From positions 496,001-560,000 of the IMG/VR virus record IMGVR_UViG_3300046660_000488: a stretch of DNA of 64,000 nt, one strand, 5' to 3'. The first letter of the stretch is position 1, and each line of letters starts with the position of its first letter. Under the pieces are notes generated by a model, which made no database searches, was not told the DNA's origin, and was given only the letters and a program-made list of their open reading frames with translations. A program made the position numbers and the translations under genes. Positions 17,977 to 25,496 of the stretch are shown in pieces.

Positions 17977-19137
17977 ATGGCGATGCTCTATAAGCGCTTG
18001 ATCAGTCAGCCCCCGTTCATCGCACCGACGCCGGGGCAAGTTCTGCCTACCGTTCTGCGGTCAACGTACACCAAATCGGCGTGGGGCACTGGGCAGAACC
18101 AACTCGGATTCTATATCCGCAACATCATCGTCTATAATGTGGACCCGCTCACCGGGCAGGTGAACACCAATAGCCCGGCCTACCAGCGCGATCTCATCCC
18201 GAGTGGCCAAACCTTCAACGTTCCGGTTGATTCTCTCAGCAGCAACATTCTGATGTCGCCCAATGGCCGAAAGTTTTTCTACCTTCTCATCCGCAATGGC
18301 CAAAAGGCATCGACCGGCAATAACAACACTGGGTGGTACGGCGCTTTCGGCGTTGGTGTCCAATGGCGTGCGGCGGACGGGGGAGGCTACAGCAACGTGA
18401 CCTCCGGATCATTTGCTCCGTGCTACCCGAACTATGTCGTGTGGGCTTCGGACAACGTCCGTTTCCTTTGCTACGGCGGCCAAGGAGTTACGCGGGGAGC
18501 AAGCGATTTGAACCCAGCACCGACGTATTATGGAAGTTTCTGGGGACAGCTTTCGGATGCTGGCGCCCTATTCTGCCAGACACCGACCGCGAACATCGCT
18601 TTCACAAAGGCGGAATGGTTCGGAAACGACGTCGTCATTTTCAACGGCACGGCGCCGAAGGCCGTGACCTATGGCTCGATCACGCCTCGAAATCTGACTA
18701 TTCTCGGGGATACACCGACGATCCCAACCAGTGCGACGATCACCAAGCTATCTGAGACACGCTTCCTCGCCAGCTTCGTCAACTATCAGAACTACGCCAT
18801 CGTCACCGATTTCACCTACGACGGCGTGGCCAACACACTGACCGGCCGCATCGTGACCAACACGCTGATGGGCAATACGGTCAACAACGGCAATACCCGC
18901 ATTGTCGTGCCTCACATGCTAGATGACGACCGCTTGCAACTCTATTACTTCGACGGTGTCCGCCAATTCCAGCACCGGTACGTCAAGTCGGGAACAGGCC
19001 CGTTCATCAAGTCGTTGAACGACTTCGCCTTCCCTCCTTTCTCGGCCGCCGCAACTTTTACATCGCACAGCAGTGGCAACGCGCTGCACGTATTCGGTTC
19101 GGGTGGTAACGTGGCACTATATAACACCTCGATTTAA
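17977..19137 (+). CDS. putative virion/receptor-binding beta-rich protein
   Basis: Coupled to collagen gene; N/T/G/Y-rich, lower GC. Confidence 0.6.
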   Translation: MAMLYKRLISQPPFIAPTPGQVLPTVLRSTYTKSAWGTGQNQLGFYIRNIIVYNVDPLTGQVNTNSPAYQRDLIPSGQTFNVPVDSLSSNILMSPNGRKFFYLLIRNGQKASTGNNNTGWYGAFGVGVQWRAADGGGYSNVTSGSFAPCYPNYVVWASDNVRFLCYGGQGVTRGASDLNPAPTYYGSFWGQLSDAGALFCQTPTANIAFTKAEWFGNDVVIFNGTAPKAVTYGSITPRNLTILGDTPTIPTSATITKLSETRFLASFVNYQNYAIVTDFTYDGVANTLTGRIVTNTLMGNTVNNGNTRIVVPHMLDDDRLQLYYFDGVRQFQHRYVKSGTGPFIKSLNDFAFPPFSAAATFTSHSSGNALHVFGSGGNVALYNTSI

Positions 19138-19142
19138 TTCAA

Positions 19143-19186
19143 GAATTTTGGTGAACGAAATAATTTCACCAAAATTCGCTTTTCTT
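19143..19186 (+). terminator. terminator insulating the tRNA operon promoter
   Basis: GAATTTTGGTGAA/TTCACCAAAATTC 13-bp stem plus T-rich tail. Confidence 0.65.
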
Positions 19187-19187
19187 G

Positions 19188-19218
19188 TTGACCGGAAAAT
19201 TCGTTTCCGGCATAAATA
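19188..19218 (+). promoter_or_regulatory. promoter of plus tRNA operon
   Basis: TTGACC-N17-CATAAATA; palindromic spacer CCGGAAA/TTTCCGG. Confidence 0.75.
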
Positions 19219-19297
19219 GAAATATCAGGGGTGCACAACGCACCTCGGAAACCAATTCGCCCCTCGGGGCTTTCACCATCTAGGAGACTGAATTTCA

Positions 19298-19438
19298 ATG
19301 TTCGCCGTGGCCACCCACATCCCAGCAAATTTCGTCGTCGGCGCCTTCGCCGTCGCGATGCCTGCTGTCGTGGCCCCGATGAATCAAATTCAGCCCACCG
19401 TCGCCGCCCAGTTTGGGCACGGAGGTTTGCACTCGTGA
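19298..19438 (+). CDS. leader peptide, 46 aa, MFAVATHIPANFVVGAFAVAMPAVVAPMNQIQPTVAAQFGHGGLHS
   Basis: AGGAG SD 19282-19286; 37 of first 39 codons are I/V/Q/M/P/N/A/F/T; last codons form the antiterminator. Confidence 0.85.
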   Translation: MFAVATHIPANFVVGAFAVAMPAVVAPMNQIQPTVAAQFGHGGLHS

Positions 19439-19476
19439 TCAGAAGCTGAGAAATCAGCATCCAATCAGAGCGAAGC

Positions 19477-19510
19477 AAGCCTCCAAGGGAAACCTCGGAG
19501 GCTTTTTCTT
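19477..19510 (+). terminator. attenuator terminator of plus tRNA operon
   Basis: AAGCCTCC-AAGGGAAACCTC-GGAGGCTTTTTCTT. Confidence 0.85.
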
Positions 19511-19551
19511 TGGCCTCTCTTCAACCTCCAACCGTCCCTCGATTGTTTCGT

Positions 19552-19626
19552 GGTTCATTAGCTCAGCGGTAGAGCAATCGCTTGATAAGCGATAGGTCGC
19601 TGGTTCGAATCCAGCATGAACTACCA
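19552..19626 (+). tRNA. tRNA-Ile(GAT)
   Basis: ATCGC TT GAT AA GCGAT; CCA. Confidence 0.94.
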
Positions 19627-19657
19627 AACAGTCGAGAGACAACCCCGAGTACTTTGT

Positions 19658-19731
19658 TCTTCTATAGCTCAGCCCGGTAGAGCAATCGCTTGATAAGCGA
19701 TAGGCCGTAGGTTCAAATCCTACTGGAAGAA
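19658..19731 (+). tRNA. tRNA-Ile(GAT), CCA not encoded
   Basis: Cloverleaf; followed by CAA; complementary flanks. Confidence 0.9.
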
Positions 19732-19749
19732 CAAAGTACTTGGGTCCAC

Positions 19750-19824
19750 GGGCCTGTAGTTCAACGGGAGAACGTCTGCATTACAAGCAGAATGTCGGGG
19801 GTTCAACTCCCTCCGGGCCTACCA
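19750..19824 (+). tRNA. tRNA-Val(TAC)
   Basis: TCTGC AT TAC AA GCAGA; CCA. Confidence 0.9.
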
Positions 19825-20029
19825 AAATACTGCTTGACAACGGTTCAACCGAACTTTAGGCAAGCAACCGCGCTCTTCGGGAAGCTCTCTTTGCTTACCG
19901 GACGGATTCCAAAACCTACCATAGGTGCGGAGTCGTGTAAAGGGGCCGGGGTCTTTGACATCGTTGATTTGCGTAACGAATTGGTCGGGCTTTACCAGAG
20001 CCCGGCCGACTTCGGGGACGTGTGTTTGA

Positions 20030-20101
20030 TGAGGGATAGTTCAGCGGTAGAACGCCTGTCTCTGGAACAGGATGTCGTAGGTTCGATCCCTACTCCCTCA
20101 T
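20030..20101 (+). tRNA. tRNA-Gln(CTG), CCA not encoded
   Basis: CCTGT CT CTG GA ACAGG; 16-bp complementary flanks. Confidence 0.9.
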
Positions 20102-20122
20102 CAAACACACGTCCCCATAGGT

Positions 20123-20198
20123 TCGGGGGTAGTTCAGTTGGTAGAACGGCAGTTTTTGGTACTGCATGTCGAAGGTTCGAGTCCTTCTCCCCGATCCA
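20123..20198 (+). tRNA. tRNA-Gln(TTG)
   Basis: GCAGT TT TTG GT ACTGC; CCA. Confidence 0.93.
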
Positions 20199-20220
20199 AA
20201 CACTCAGTATTCATCCTTGT

Positions 20221-20306
20221 TGGGGAATGGTGTAATGGTAACATCCCGGCCTTTGACTCCGGAGACCGAGAAGGATTTGTAGGTTCGAGCCCTACTTCCC
20301 CAGCCA
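20221..20306 (+). tRNA. tRNA-Gln(TTG), long variable arm
   Basis: 86 nt; loop CT TTG AC; variable AGACCGAGAAGGATTT. Confidence 0.85.
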
Positions 20307-20335
20307 GCATGAATATTGAAGACAATGTACTTTGA

Positions 20336-20412
20336 CGCGGAGTGGAGCAGTCAGGTAGCTCGTTTGGCTCATAACCAAAAGGTCGCGGGATCGAAGCCCG
20401 CCTCCGCATCCA
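20336..20412 (+). tRNA. initiator-like tRNA-Met(CAT), variant
   Basis: C1xA72 mismatch; anticodon stem TTTGG/CCAAA; T loop ATCGAAG. Confidence 0.85.
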
Positions 20413-20422
20413 AGTACATTGA

Positions 20423-20620
20423 GGCCGCGTAACAAGAGAGTGAAGCAGTGATGCCCCGTCATCTGTACCTGACGGGGAGGCCAGAAACAGACCGTGCATA
20501 CGCCCCACGGTCTCTAAATATGGAACACGGACCCACTGGGGCCGTGCGGGAGCCAGCACGACCCGCCGTGGTCTAAGTCCGTAAGGGGCAGAAAGCGGCA
20601 CACCCGGTACTGGCGGGTAA
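20423..20620 (+). ncRNA. candidate structured ncRNA
   Basis: Nested helices GCCGC/GCGGC, CCCCGTCA/TGACGGGG, AGACCGTG/CACGGTCT, CGTGC/GCACG; no credible ORF. Confidence 0.45.
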
Positions 20621-20651
20621 CCTATTTGGTCGAATGACCATCACCTTTTTT

Positions 20652-20729
<78 letters not shown>

Positions 20730-20747
20730 ATTGTCCATGTGCTTCGT

Positions 20748-20824
20748 CTAGGCGTAGCGCAGTCTGGTAGCGCGCCTGCTTTGGGAGCAGGATGTCGCAG
20801 GTTCGAATCCTGCCGCCTAGACCA
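20748..20824 (+). tRNA. tRNA-Pro(TGG)
   Basis: CCTGC TT TGG GA GCAGG; C1:G72, A73. Confidence 0.95.
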
Positions 20825-20844
20825 AGCACATGGACTTTCACCTA

Positions 20845-20930
20845 CGGCAGTCGGTGAGGATGTAACAGGTTCGATCCCTGACCACAGGCTCTTGCGAGCG
20901 TGTGAGTAAGCCCATCCAAACCGACTACTG
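20845..20930 (+). ncRNA. T-loop-containing, permuted-tRNA-like RNA
   Basis: Closing helices AGTCGGT/ACCGACT and GGATG/CATCC; T arm CAGG TTCGATC CCTG followed by a closed acceptor-like hairpin. Confidence 0.5.
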
Positions 20931-20931
20931 A

Positions 20932-21019
20932 TCCTCACGACCCAGCTTGGTGACGGGCGCCGACTGTTAATCGGATGACATGGAAATGTGGCAAGGTTCG
21001 AAACCTTGGTGAGGAACCA
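20932..21019 (+). tRNA. tRNA-Asn(GTT), long variable arm
   Basis: 88 nt; loop CT GTT AA; variable stem ACAT-GGAA-ATGT. Confidence 0.85.
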
Positions 21020-21027
21020 TTTCGCAG

Positions 21028-21058
21028 TTGACTTGCATTTAAGTGCTTGTCATAAATA
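21028..21058 (+). promoter_or_regulatory. internal promoter of the same class as the operon promoters
   Basis: TTGACT-N17-CATAAATA. Confidence 0.65.
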
Positions 21059-21089
21059 AGGAACACGAAGGTGCTTCGGCACACTTTGT

Positions 21090-21165
21090 TCTCTCGTAGC
21101 TCAGTTGGTAGAGCGTCTGACTGTTAATCAGAATGTCGTAGGTTCGAGTCCTACCGGGGGAGCCA
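21090..21165 (+). tRNA. tRNA-Asn(GTT)
   Basis: Canonical cloverleaf, CCA. Confidence 0.95.
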
Positions 21166-21303
21166 TTTCTACTACGGTGAGCAAGTAACCGCCTAACGTC
21201 CTTTGGACGAAGGTGCTCCAGCACAAGACGCTGGGCTGACAAAGCACTTGCACAATTCTCTTATCCTGCTTTTCGGTGTTTCGCCAATTTTCGGGATAAC
21301 GAT

Positions 21304-21379
<76 letters not shown>

Positions 21380-21443
21380 ATTTTCTAATCTCGCGCAGGG
21401 CGCCGTGATGAACGGATAAGTCCGCTGCACGCCTTTCTTGGAT

Positions 21444-21549
21444 GGGCTGGACGCCTCCTGACATCGACGTCAGGGTAGAGGTACGGAACCTCGGGCTACG
21501 GCGACAGGGTTCGCGACCCTACGCGGTTCGATCCCGCGCCGGTCCACCA
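21444..21549 (+). ncRNA. 106-nt tRNA-Ala-like RNA without canonical anticodon arm
   Basis: Acceptor GGGCTGG/CCGGTCC with G3:U70, A73, CCA; T arm CGCGG TTCGATC CCGCG; expanded D and anticodon regions. Confidence 0.7.
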
Positions 21550-21558
21550 AGCAGTTTT

Positions 21559-21634
21559 GGGGCATTAGCTCATCTGGTAGAGCGCGACAATCGCAATGTC
21601 GAGGTGAGCGGTTCAAGTCCGCTATGCTCCACCA
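21559..21634 (+). tRNA. tRNA-Ala(CGC)
   Basis: G3:U70; CGACA AT CGC AA TGTCG. Confidence 0.94.
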
Positions 21635-21635
21635 A

Positions 21636-21938
21636 TCACCGGCCGTTCAGGAATTTCTCCGAGCAGATGTAATCGCAGACGGAGAACACCACGGCTTCCG
21701 CACCAGACTCGAAGGCGTCGCTGCTGTGATCGCCGGACCACTGGGGCTTCGCGAAACTGCACGACACGCCGTCCTCGTGGACGCCGACGTCGATGATGTG
21801 GCCTTCGCCTTCGAACTTGGTCAGCGTCTCTTTCGCCCACACCACCGCTTCATAGAGGTCTTCGGTGATCTCGGATGGGACATTCGCATACATGGCGAAA
21901 ATCTGGTCCTTGAGCGCTTGGGGATAGTGGGCGGTCAT
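21636..21938 (-). CDS. hypothetical protein, antisense in tRNA operon
   Basis: Clean ORF filling the inter-tRNA gap. Confidence 0.6.
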   Translation of the reverse strand: MTAHYPQALKDQIFAMYANVPSEITEDLYEAVVWAKETLTKFEGEGHIIDVGVHEDGVSCSFAKPQWSGDHSSDAFESGAEAVVFSVCDYICSEKFLNGR

Positions 21939-22001
21939 GACGATCTCGGGTTTGGTTTACCAAATCCTACACACAACACCCGGCGGGTTCAACCCCGCTA
22001 C

Positions 22002-22077
22002 GGGGCATTAGCTCATCTGGTAGAGCGCCTGTTTTGCAAGCAGGAGGTGTGGGGTTCGAGTCCCCAATGCTCCACCA
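22002..22077 (+). tRNA. tRNA-Ala(TGC)
   Basis: G3:U70; loop TT TGC AA. Confidence 0.95.
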
Positions 22078-22083
22078 AACAAT

Positions 22084-22158
22084 GCGTCTGTAGCTCAGTG
22101 GGAGAGCGCTTCCGTGACATGGAAGAGGCCGACAGTTCAATCCTGTCCAGATGCACCA
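22084..22158 (+). tRNA. tRNA-Val(GAC)
   Basis: CTTCC GT GAC AT GGAAG; CCA. Confidence 0.94.
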
Positions 22159-22232
22159 TTTCACTACCCAACCCCGGAGGATAACCAAATGACCCCGCTA
22201 AACGCAGGAAAGTAAGCAAGAAATTCCGAAAG

Positions 22233-22511
22233 ATGATCGACGTGTACGGGATATTCACCCGAGACATTGAAGAGCATCTTGACTTCAGTGACGACATGCT
22301 CTTGGAAATGTACCAAGCAGAGTCAGTCGGTGGAGACTGTCATCATCGGAATGGCTTCTACCATGGAAAGAAATTCATGGATGTGAGCGTCAAGATGTGG
22401 CGCGAGGACATGTCGAAAGGCACGTTGTTCCTCTGCGAACTCTACGACGATCCTCTCCTGCCCAACTGGTGGTTGGACAAAATCTTCGGTCGGTCTGGTC
22501 CTCCAGACTGA
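22233..22511 (+). CDS. hypothetical protein in tRNA operon
   Basis: ORF filling inter-tRNA gap; true start may lie slightly upstream. Confidence 0.5.
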   Translation: MIDVYGIFTRDIEEHLDFSDDMLLEMYQAESVGGDCHHRNGFYHGKKFMDVSVKMWREDMSKGTLFLCELYDDPLLPNWWLDKIFGRSGPPD

Positions 22512-22518
22512 CCAACAT

Positions 22519-22595
22519 GTAGCCGTAGCTCAGTCTGGTAGAGCGCCTGCCTGAAAAGCAGGGCGTCGGTGGTTCAAATCCACCCGGTTGCACCA
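22519..22595 (+). tRNA. tRNA-Phe(GAA)
   Basis: CCTGC CT GAA AA GCAGG; CCA. Confidence 0.92.
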
Positions 22596-22596
22596 T

Positions 22597-23145
22597 TTAC
22601 TCCTTCTGGAGTTTCTTTTCTCGCCAGAGGCGGCTGTTGGGGCCATCGCCATTCCACCCGTCAAACAGCCCTTCATCCTGTGCGGCTCGCATCATCGGAG
22701 CAACACGAATCCACGCTTGGTACGGCATAGTTCCTCGGGTGTGGTTGCATCGAACACACGAGGTGTTGACGTTGTTCTGCAAGTGGCCAAGGCTATTGTC
22801 GATCCGGTCCAGCGTAATGCGGACCTCTGGTGGTTCAACACCGCAATAAAAGCACGGCTTGGCCACGCATTCGGCCACGAATTCGAGCGTGAGGTCGCAG
22901 TCGCGGTTCTTTCGCTTGTCGGTATAGCGGCAGTCTTGCAGCACGTTGCGGGCTACGGTCATGTGATCGTTCTCTCTCCGAGCTTTGCGACGAACCGCAT
23001 GGCGACGCTCTTCGGCTTGTTGGAACCCTTCCGGGTTGCTGATGAACTGTTCGCGGCGGCAGGGGCCGCATTTCTTTCGGCGCCGACCGGCGCTCATGTG
23101 GAACGCGCTCTCGGGGCGATCCTCTCCGCAATATTTGCACAACAT
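22597..23145 (-). CDS. HNH (His-Me finger) endonuclease, free-standing homing-type
   Basis: CFYCG...LDRIDNSLGH..NNV..CVRCN; N-terminal CxxC...CxxC. Confidence 0.85.
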   Translation of the reverse strand: MLCKYCGEDRPESAFHMSAGRRRKKCGPCRREQFISNPEGFQQAEERRHAVRRKARRENDHMTVARNVLQDCRYTDKRKNRDCDLTLEFVAECVAKPCFYCGVEPPEVRITLDRIDNSLGHLQNNVNTSCVRCNHTRGTMPYQAWIRVAPMMRAAQDEGLFDGWNGDGPNSRLWREKKLQKE

Positions 23146-23199
23146 AGTGCCATTAAGGCACATCTGGTTTTCCAAATTCAATATTTGGTTAACCACTTT

Positions 23200-23276
23200 C
23201 AGGGCGTAGCGCAGCATGGTAGCGCACTTGGTCGGGAACCAAGGGGTCGCAGGTTCAAATCCTGCCGTTCTGACCA
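23200..23276 (+). tRNA. tRNA-Pro(GGG), atypical loop (C33, A37)
   Basis: CTTGG TC GGG AA CCAAG; C1:G72, A73. Confidence 0.82.
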
Positions 23277-23295
23277 TTTCGCCTACGGGCATTAT

Positions 23296-23372
23296 CTATG
23301 TGTAGCTCAGTCTGGTAGAGCGCTGCTTTCGGGAAGCAGAGGCCGCAGGTTCAAATCCTGCCACGTAGACCA
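23296..23372 (+). tRNA. tRNA-Pro(CGG)
   Basis: CTGCT TT CGG GA AGCAG. Confidence 0.94.
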
Positions 23373-23395
23373 AAACACCGGCCACGAGCCATCAT

Positions 23396-23472
23396 CTGAG
23401 TGTAACGCAGTCTGGTAGCGTGCCTGTTTCGGTAACAGGAGGTCGCGGGTTCAAATCCTGCCACTCAGACCA
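23396..23472 (+). tRNA. tRNA-Pro(CGG), U37 variant
   Basis: CCTGT TT CGG TA ACAGG; C1:G72, A73. Confidence 0.85.
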
Positions 23473-23591
23473 ATTTCCTCGAACGAGGATACGACTTTGG
23501 GAAGCTGACCGTTCCAGTGAGTTCGGCAGGGATGACCACCCGGCAGCTAGGCCTCGTCAGCCCGGCATGTCAGGCTAACCCAATTGACCAC

Positions 23592-23668
23592 GGTGCTGTA
23601 GCTCAGTCTGGTAGAGCAGCGGGCTCATAACTCGCTTGTCGCAGGTTCAAATCCTGCCAGCACCACCA
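23592..23668 (+). tRNA. tRNA-Met(CAT) elongator (Ile2 not excluded)
   Basis: GCGGG CT CAT AA CTCGC; CCA. Confidence 0.85.
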
Positions 23669-23674
23669 ACCTTC

Positions 23675-23749
23675 GGGTGATTAGCTCAGTGGTAGAGCGC
23701 TGCTTTCACACGGCAGAGGTCACTGGTTCAAGCCCAGTATCACCCACCA
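23675..23749 (+). tRNA. tRNA-Val(CAC)
   Basis: CTGCT TT CAC AC GGCAG; CCA. Confidence 0.93.
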
Positions 23750-23777
23750 AGAAAAAGGGGCCGAAGCCCCCTGATCC

Positions 23778-24020
23778 TTACTCTTCGACGTACTGGATTT
23801 CTCGCCAAAAATCTCCGGTCGGCGTCACGGTAAAACCACCGGTGTTGGAGACGATCCTGACGTAATGTTCTGCCAGTTCGAGCACGGCCGTTTCGAGATA
23901 GCGGCCGTCGTCTTCGGTGGTGGACGTCAGAACGACCGTGCCGGTCGTGTTGAGCGGATCGAGCGCACCGGCGCGAACGGTGTCGAGCAACGCTTCGAAG
24001 TATACGTCGTAAGTAGCCAT
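23778..24020 (-). CDS. hypothetical protein, antisense in tRNA operon
   Basis: AAGGA SD; own terminator GGGGCTTCGGCCCCTTTTT at about 23752-23771. Confidence 0.65.
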   Translation of the reverse strand: MATYDVYFEALLDTVRAGALDPLNTTGTVVLTSTTEDDGRYLETAVLELAEHYVRIVSNTGGFTVTPTGDFWREIQYVEE

Positions 24021-24095
24021 GAAATGTGTCCTTGAAATGGGTTTAGTATCCAGCCACAAGGATAGCACTGGCCGCTTATTATAAGCAAAATATAC

Positions 24096-24171
24096 GCCGC
24101 CTTAGCTCAGTTGGTAGAGCGCGTCCTTGGTAAGGACGAGGCCACGGGTTCAAGTCCCGTAGGTGGCTCCA
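24096..24171 (+). tRNA. tRNA-Thr(GGT)
   Basis: CGTCC TT GGT AA GGACG; CCA. Confidence 0.95.
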
Positions 24172-24185
24172 TTTTCCCTCCTGAT

Positions 24186-24260
24186 GCCGGGGTAGCTCAG
24201 GGGTAGAGCAGCGGGCTGAAAATCCGCGTGTCGGAGGTTCGAATCCTCTCCCCGGCACCA
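24186..24260 (+). tRNA. tRNA-Phe(GAA)
   Basis: GCGGG CT GAA AA TCCGC; CCA. Confidence 0.95.
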
Positions 24261-24261
24261 T

Positions 24262-24336
24262 GGTCGCGTAGCTCAGCGGGAGAGCGTCCCCTTGACGTGG
24301 GGAAGGTCGCAGGTTCAATCCCTGCCGCGACTACCA
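24262..24336 (+). tRNA. tRNA-Val(GAC)
   Basis: TCCCC TT GAC GT GGGGA; CCA. Confidence 0.93.
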
Positions 24337-24366
24337 TTTTTCTCAACCAGAAAGGAACCGACTCCC

Positions 24367-25463
24367 ATGGGGTTCAGCCGCTAAGTCCAGAGAGCCTTCA
24401 ACGGTATCTGGCGATCAAAGACCTAACTGACCCGGCGACGGGTAAACACGCAATCAACGTTGTCCTCCAGAAATTGACGAAGGCGGTCCAAGACTGGGCG
24501 GGTTTACACCCGGAAGTCCTGCGTTCCTCCCCAATCGTTTCCATCCAAGACAATTACGACCGCCTCTACTATGAGGCGGACGCTGTCGCACGCTCGTCGC
24601 GCTATTCGCATTATGTGGATGACACCCACATCTTGCGGACGCACACGACGGCGGCCGTGCCCGGCTATCTGCGCGAGACCACGGACGACCGTCTGATGGT
24701 TCTGCCGGGCATCGTCTATCGCCGCGACGTCATGGACAAGATGCACGTCGGCGAACCACACCAAGTCGATCTGTGGATCGTCAAGCAGGCCCGCCTGCGG
24801 CGCCGCGATCTTGAGGCCATGATCTCGGCCATCATGACTGCGATCCTACCCGGCCGCGTGTACCGCTGCAACGAGACCATCCATCCCTACACCGTCAACG
24901 GCCTTGAGGTCGAAGTGCAGGTTGGCGACCGTTGGGTCGAGGTCTTGGAATGCGGCGAGGCCCACCCATGGGTTCTGAACGACGCTGGGCTGTCTTCAGC
25001 CACATGGTCGGGACTGGCCATGGGCATCGGTCTGGACCGTCTGGTGATGCTCCTGAAGGGCGTGGAGGACATCCGGCTGCTACGGAGCACCGACAAGCGC
25101 GTCTACGGCCAGATGCAGACCATGCAGCCCTATCTACCGGTCAGCGATCAGCCGAGCGCTAAGCGGGACCTGTCCATCGTCGTTGACGAAGTGGACATGG
25201 AACTGTTGGGCGACAAGGTCCGCACTTTGCTGGGCGACCGGGCCGAGTGGATGGAGGAAATCATCCACGTCGGCGACTACGGCTGGCACGATGTTCCGGA
25301 CGCTGCTCGCCAACGTCTGGGTATGGGGCAGGATCAACGGAACCTCGTTATCCGGCTGATCATGCGCTCGCCGACCCAGAGCATCCCTCGCGAGGTCGCA
25401 AACGAGGTCTACGCGCAAGTCTACGAAGGTCTGCATCAGGGCTCCACGGTCGGCTATCGCTGA
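24367..25463 (+). CDS. monomeric PheRS-like protein (PheS catalytic plus FDX-ACB domain); ATG is out of frame, needs -1 frameshift or sequence correction
   Basis: LRTHTTA, GIVYRRD..D..H..EPHQVD, WVEVLECG, GLAMGIGLDRLVML..DIRLL, RDLSI. Confidence 0.85.
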
Positions 25464-25496
25464 CCGTGGATGGTTCTGTGCCACCTAAATAGTTCC

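Noticed and set aside
19231-19449. Arg-rich 72-aa ORF (MHNAPRK...RRRRLRRR) as the leader peptide
   Set aside because: GTG start near the presumed TSS with no SD. The Arg run is a frame shadow of the GTC/GCC codons of the SD-led ORF 19298-19438.
21170-21250. Hammerhead-like ribozyme
   Set aside because: Small hairpins are present, but the CUGANGA and GAAA core does not match.
21444-21549. tmRNA (one- or two-piece) or tRNA-Sec call
   Set aside because: No tag reading frame, no adjacent coding piece (the next element is tRNA-Ala), and no TCA anticodon.
24228-24366. ORF-track start of the PheRS-like gene at 24228
   Set aside because: It runs through tRNA-Phe and tRNA-Val; the SD and protein-like sequence begin near 24367.
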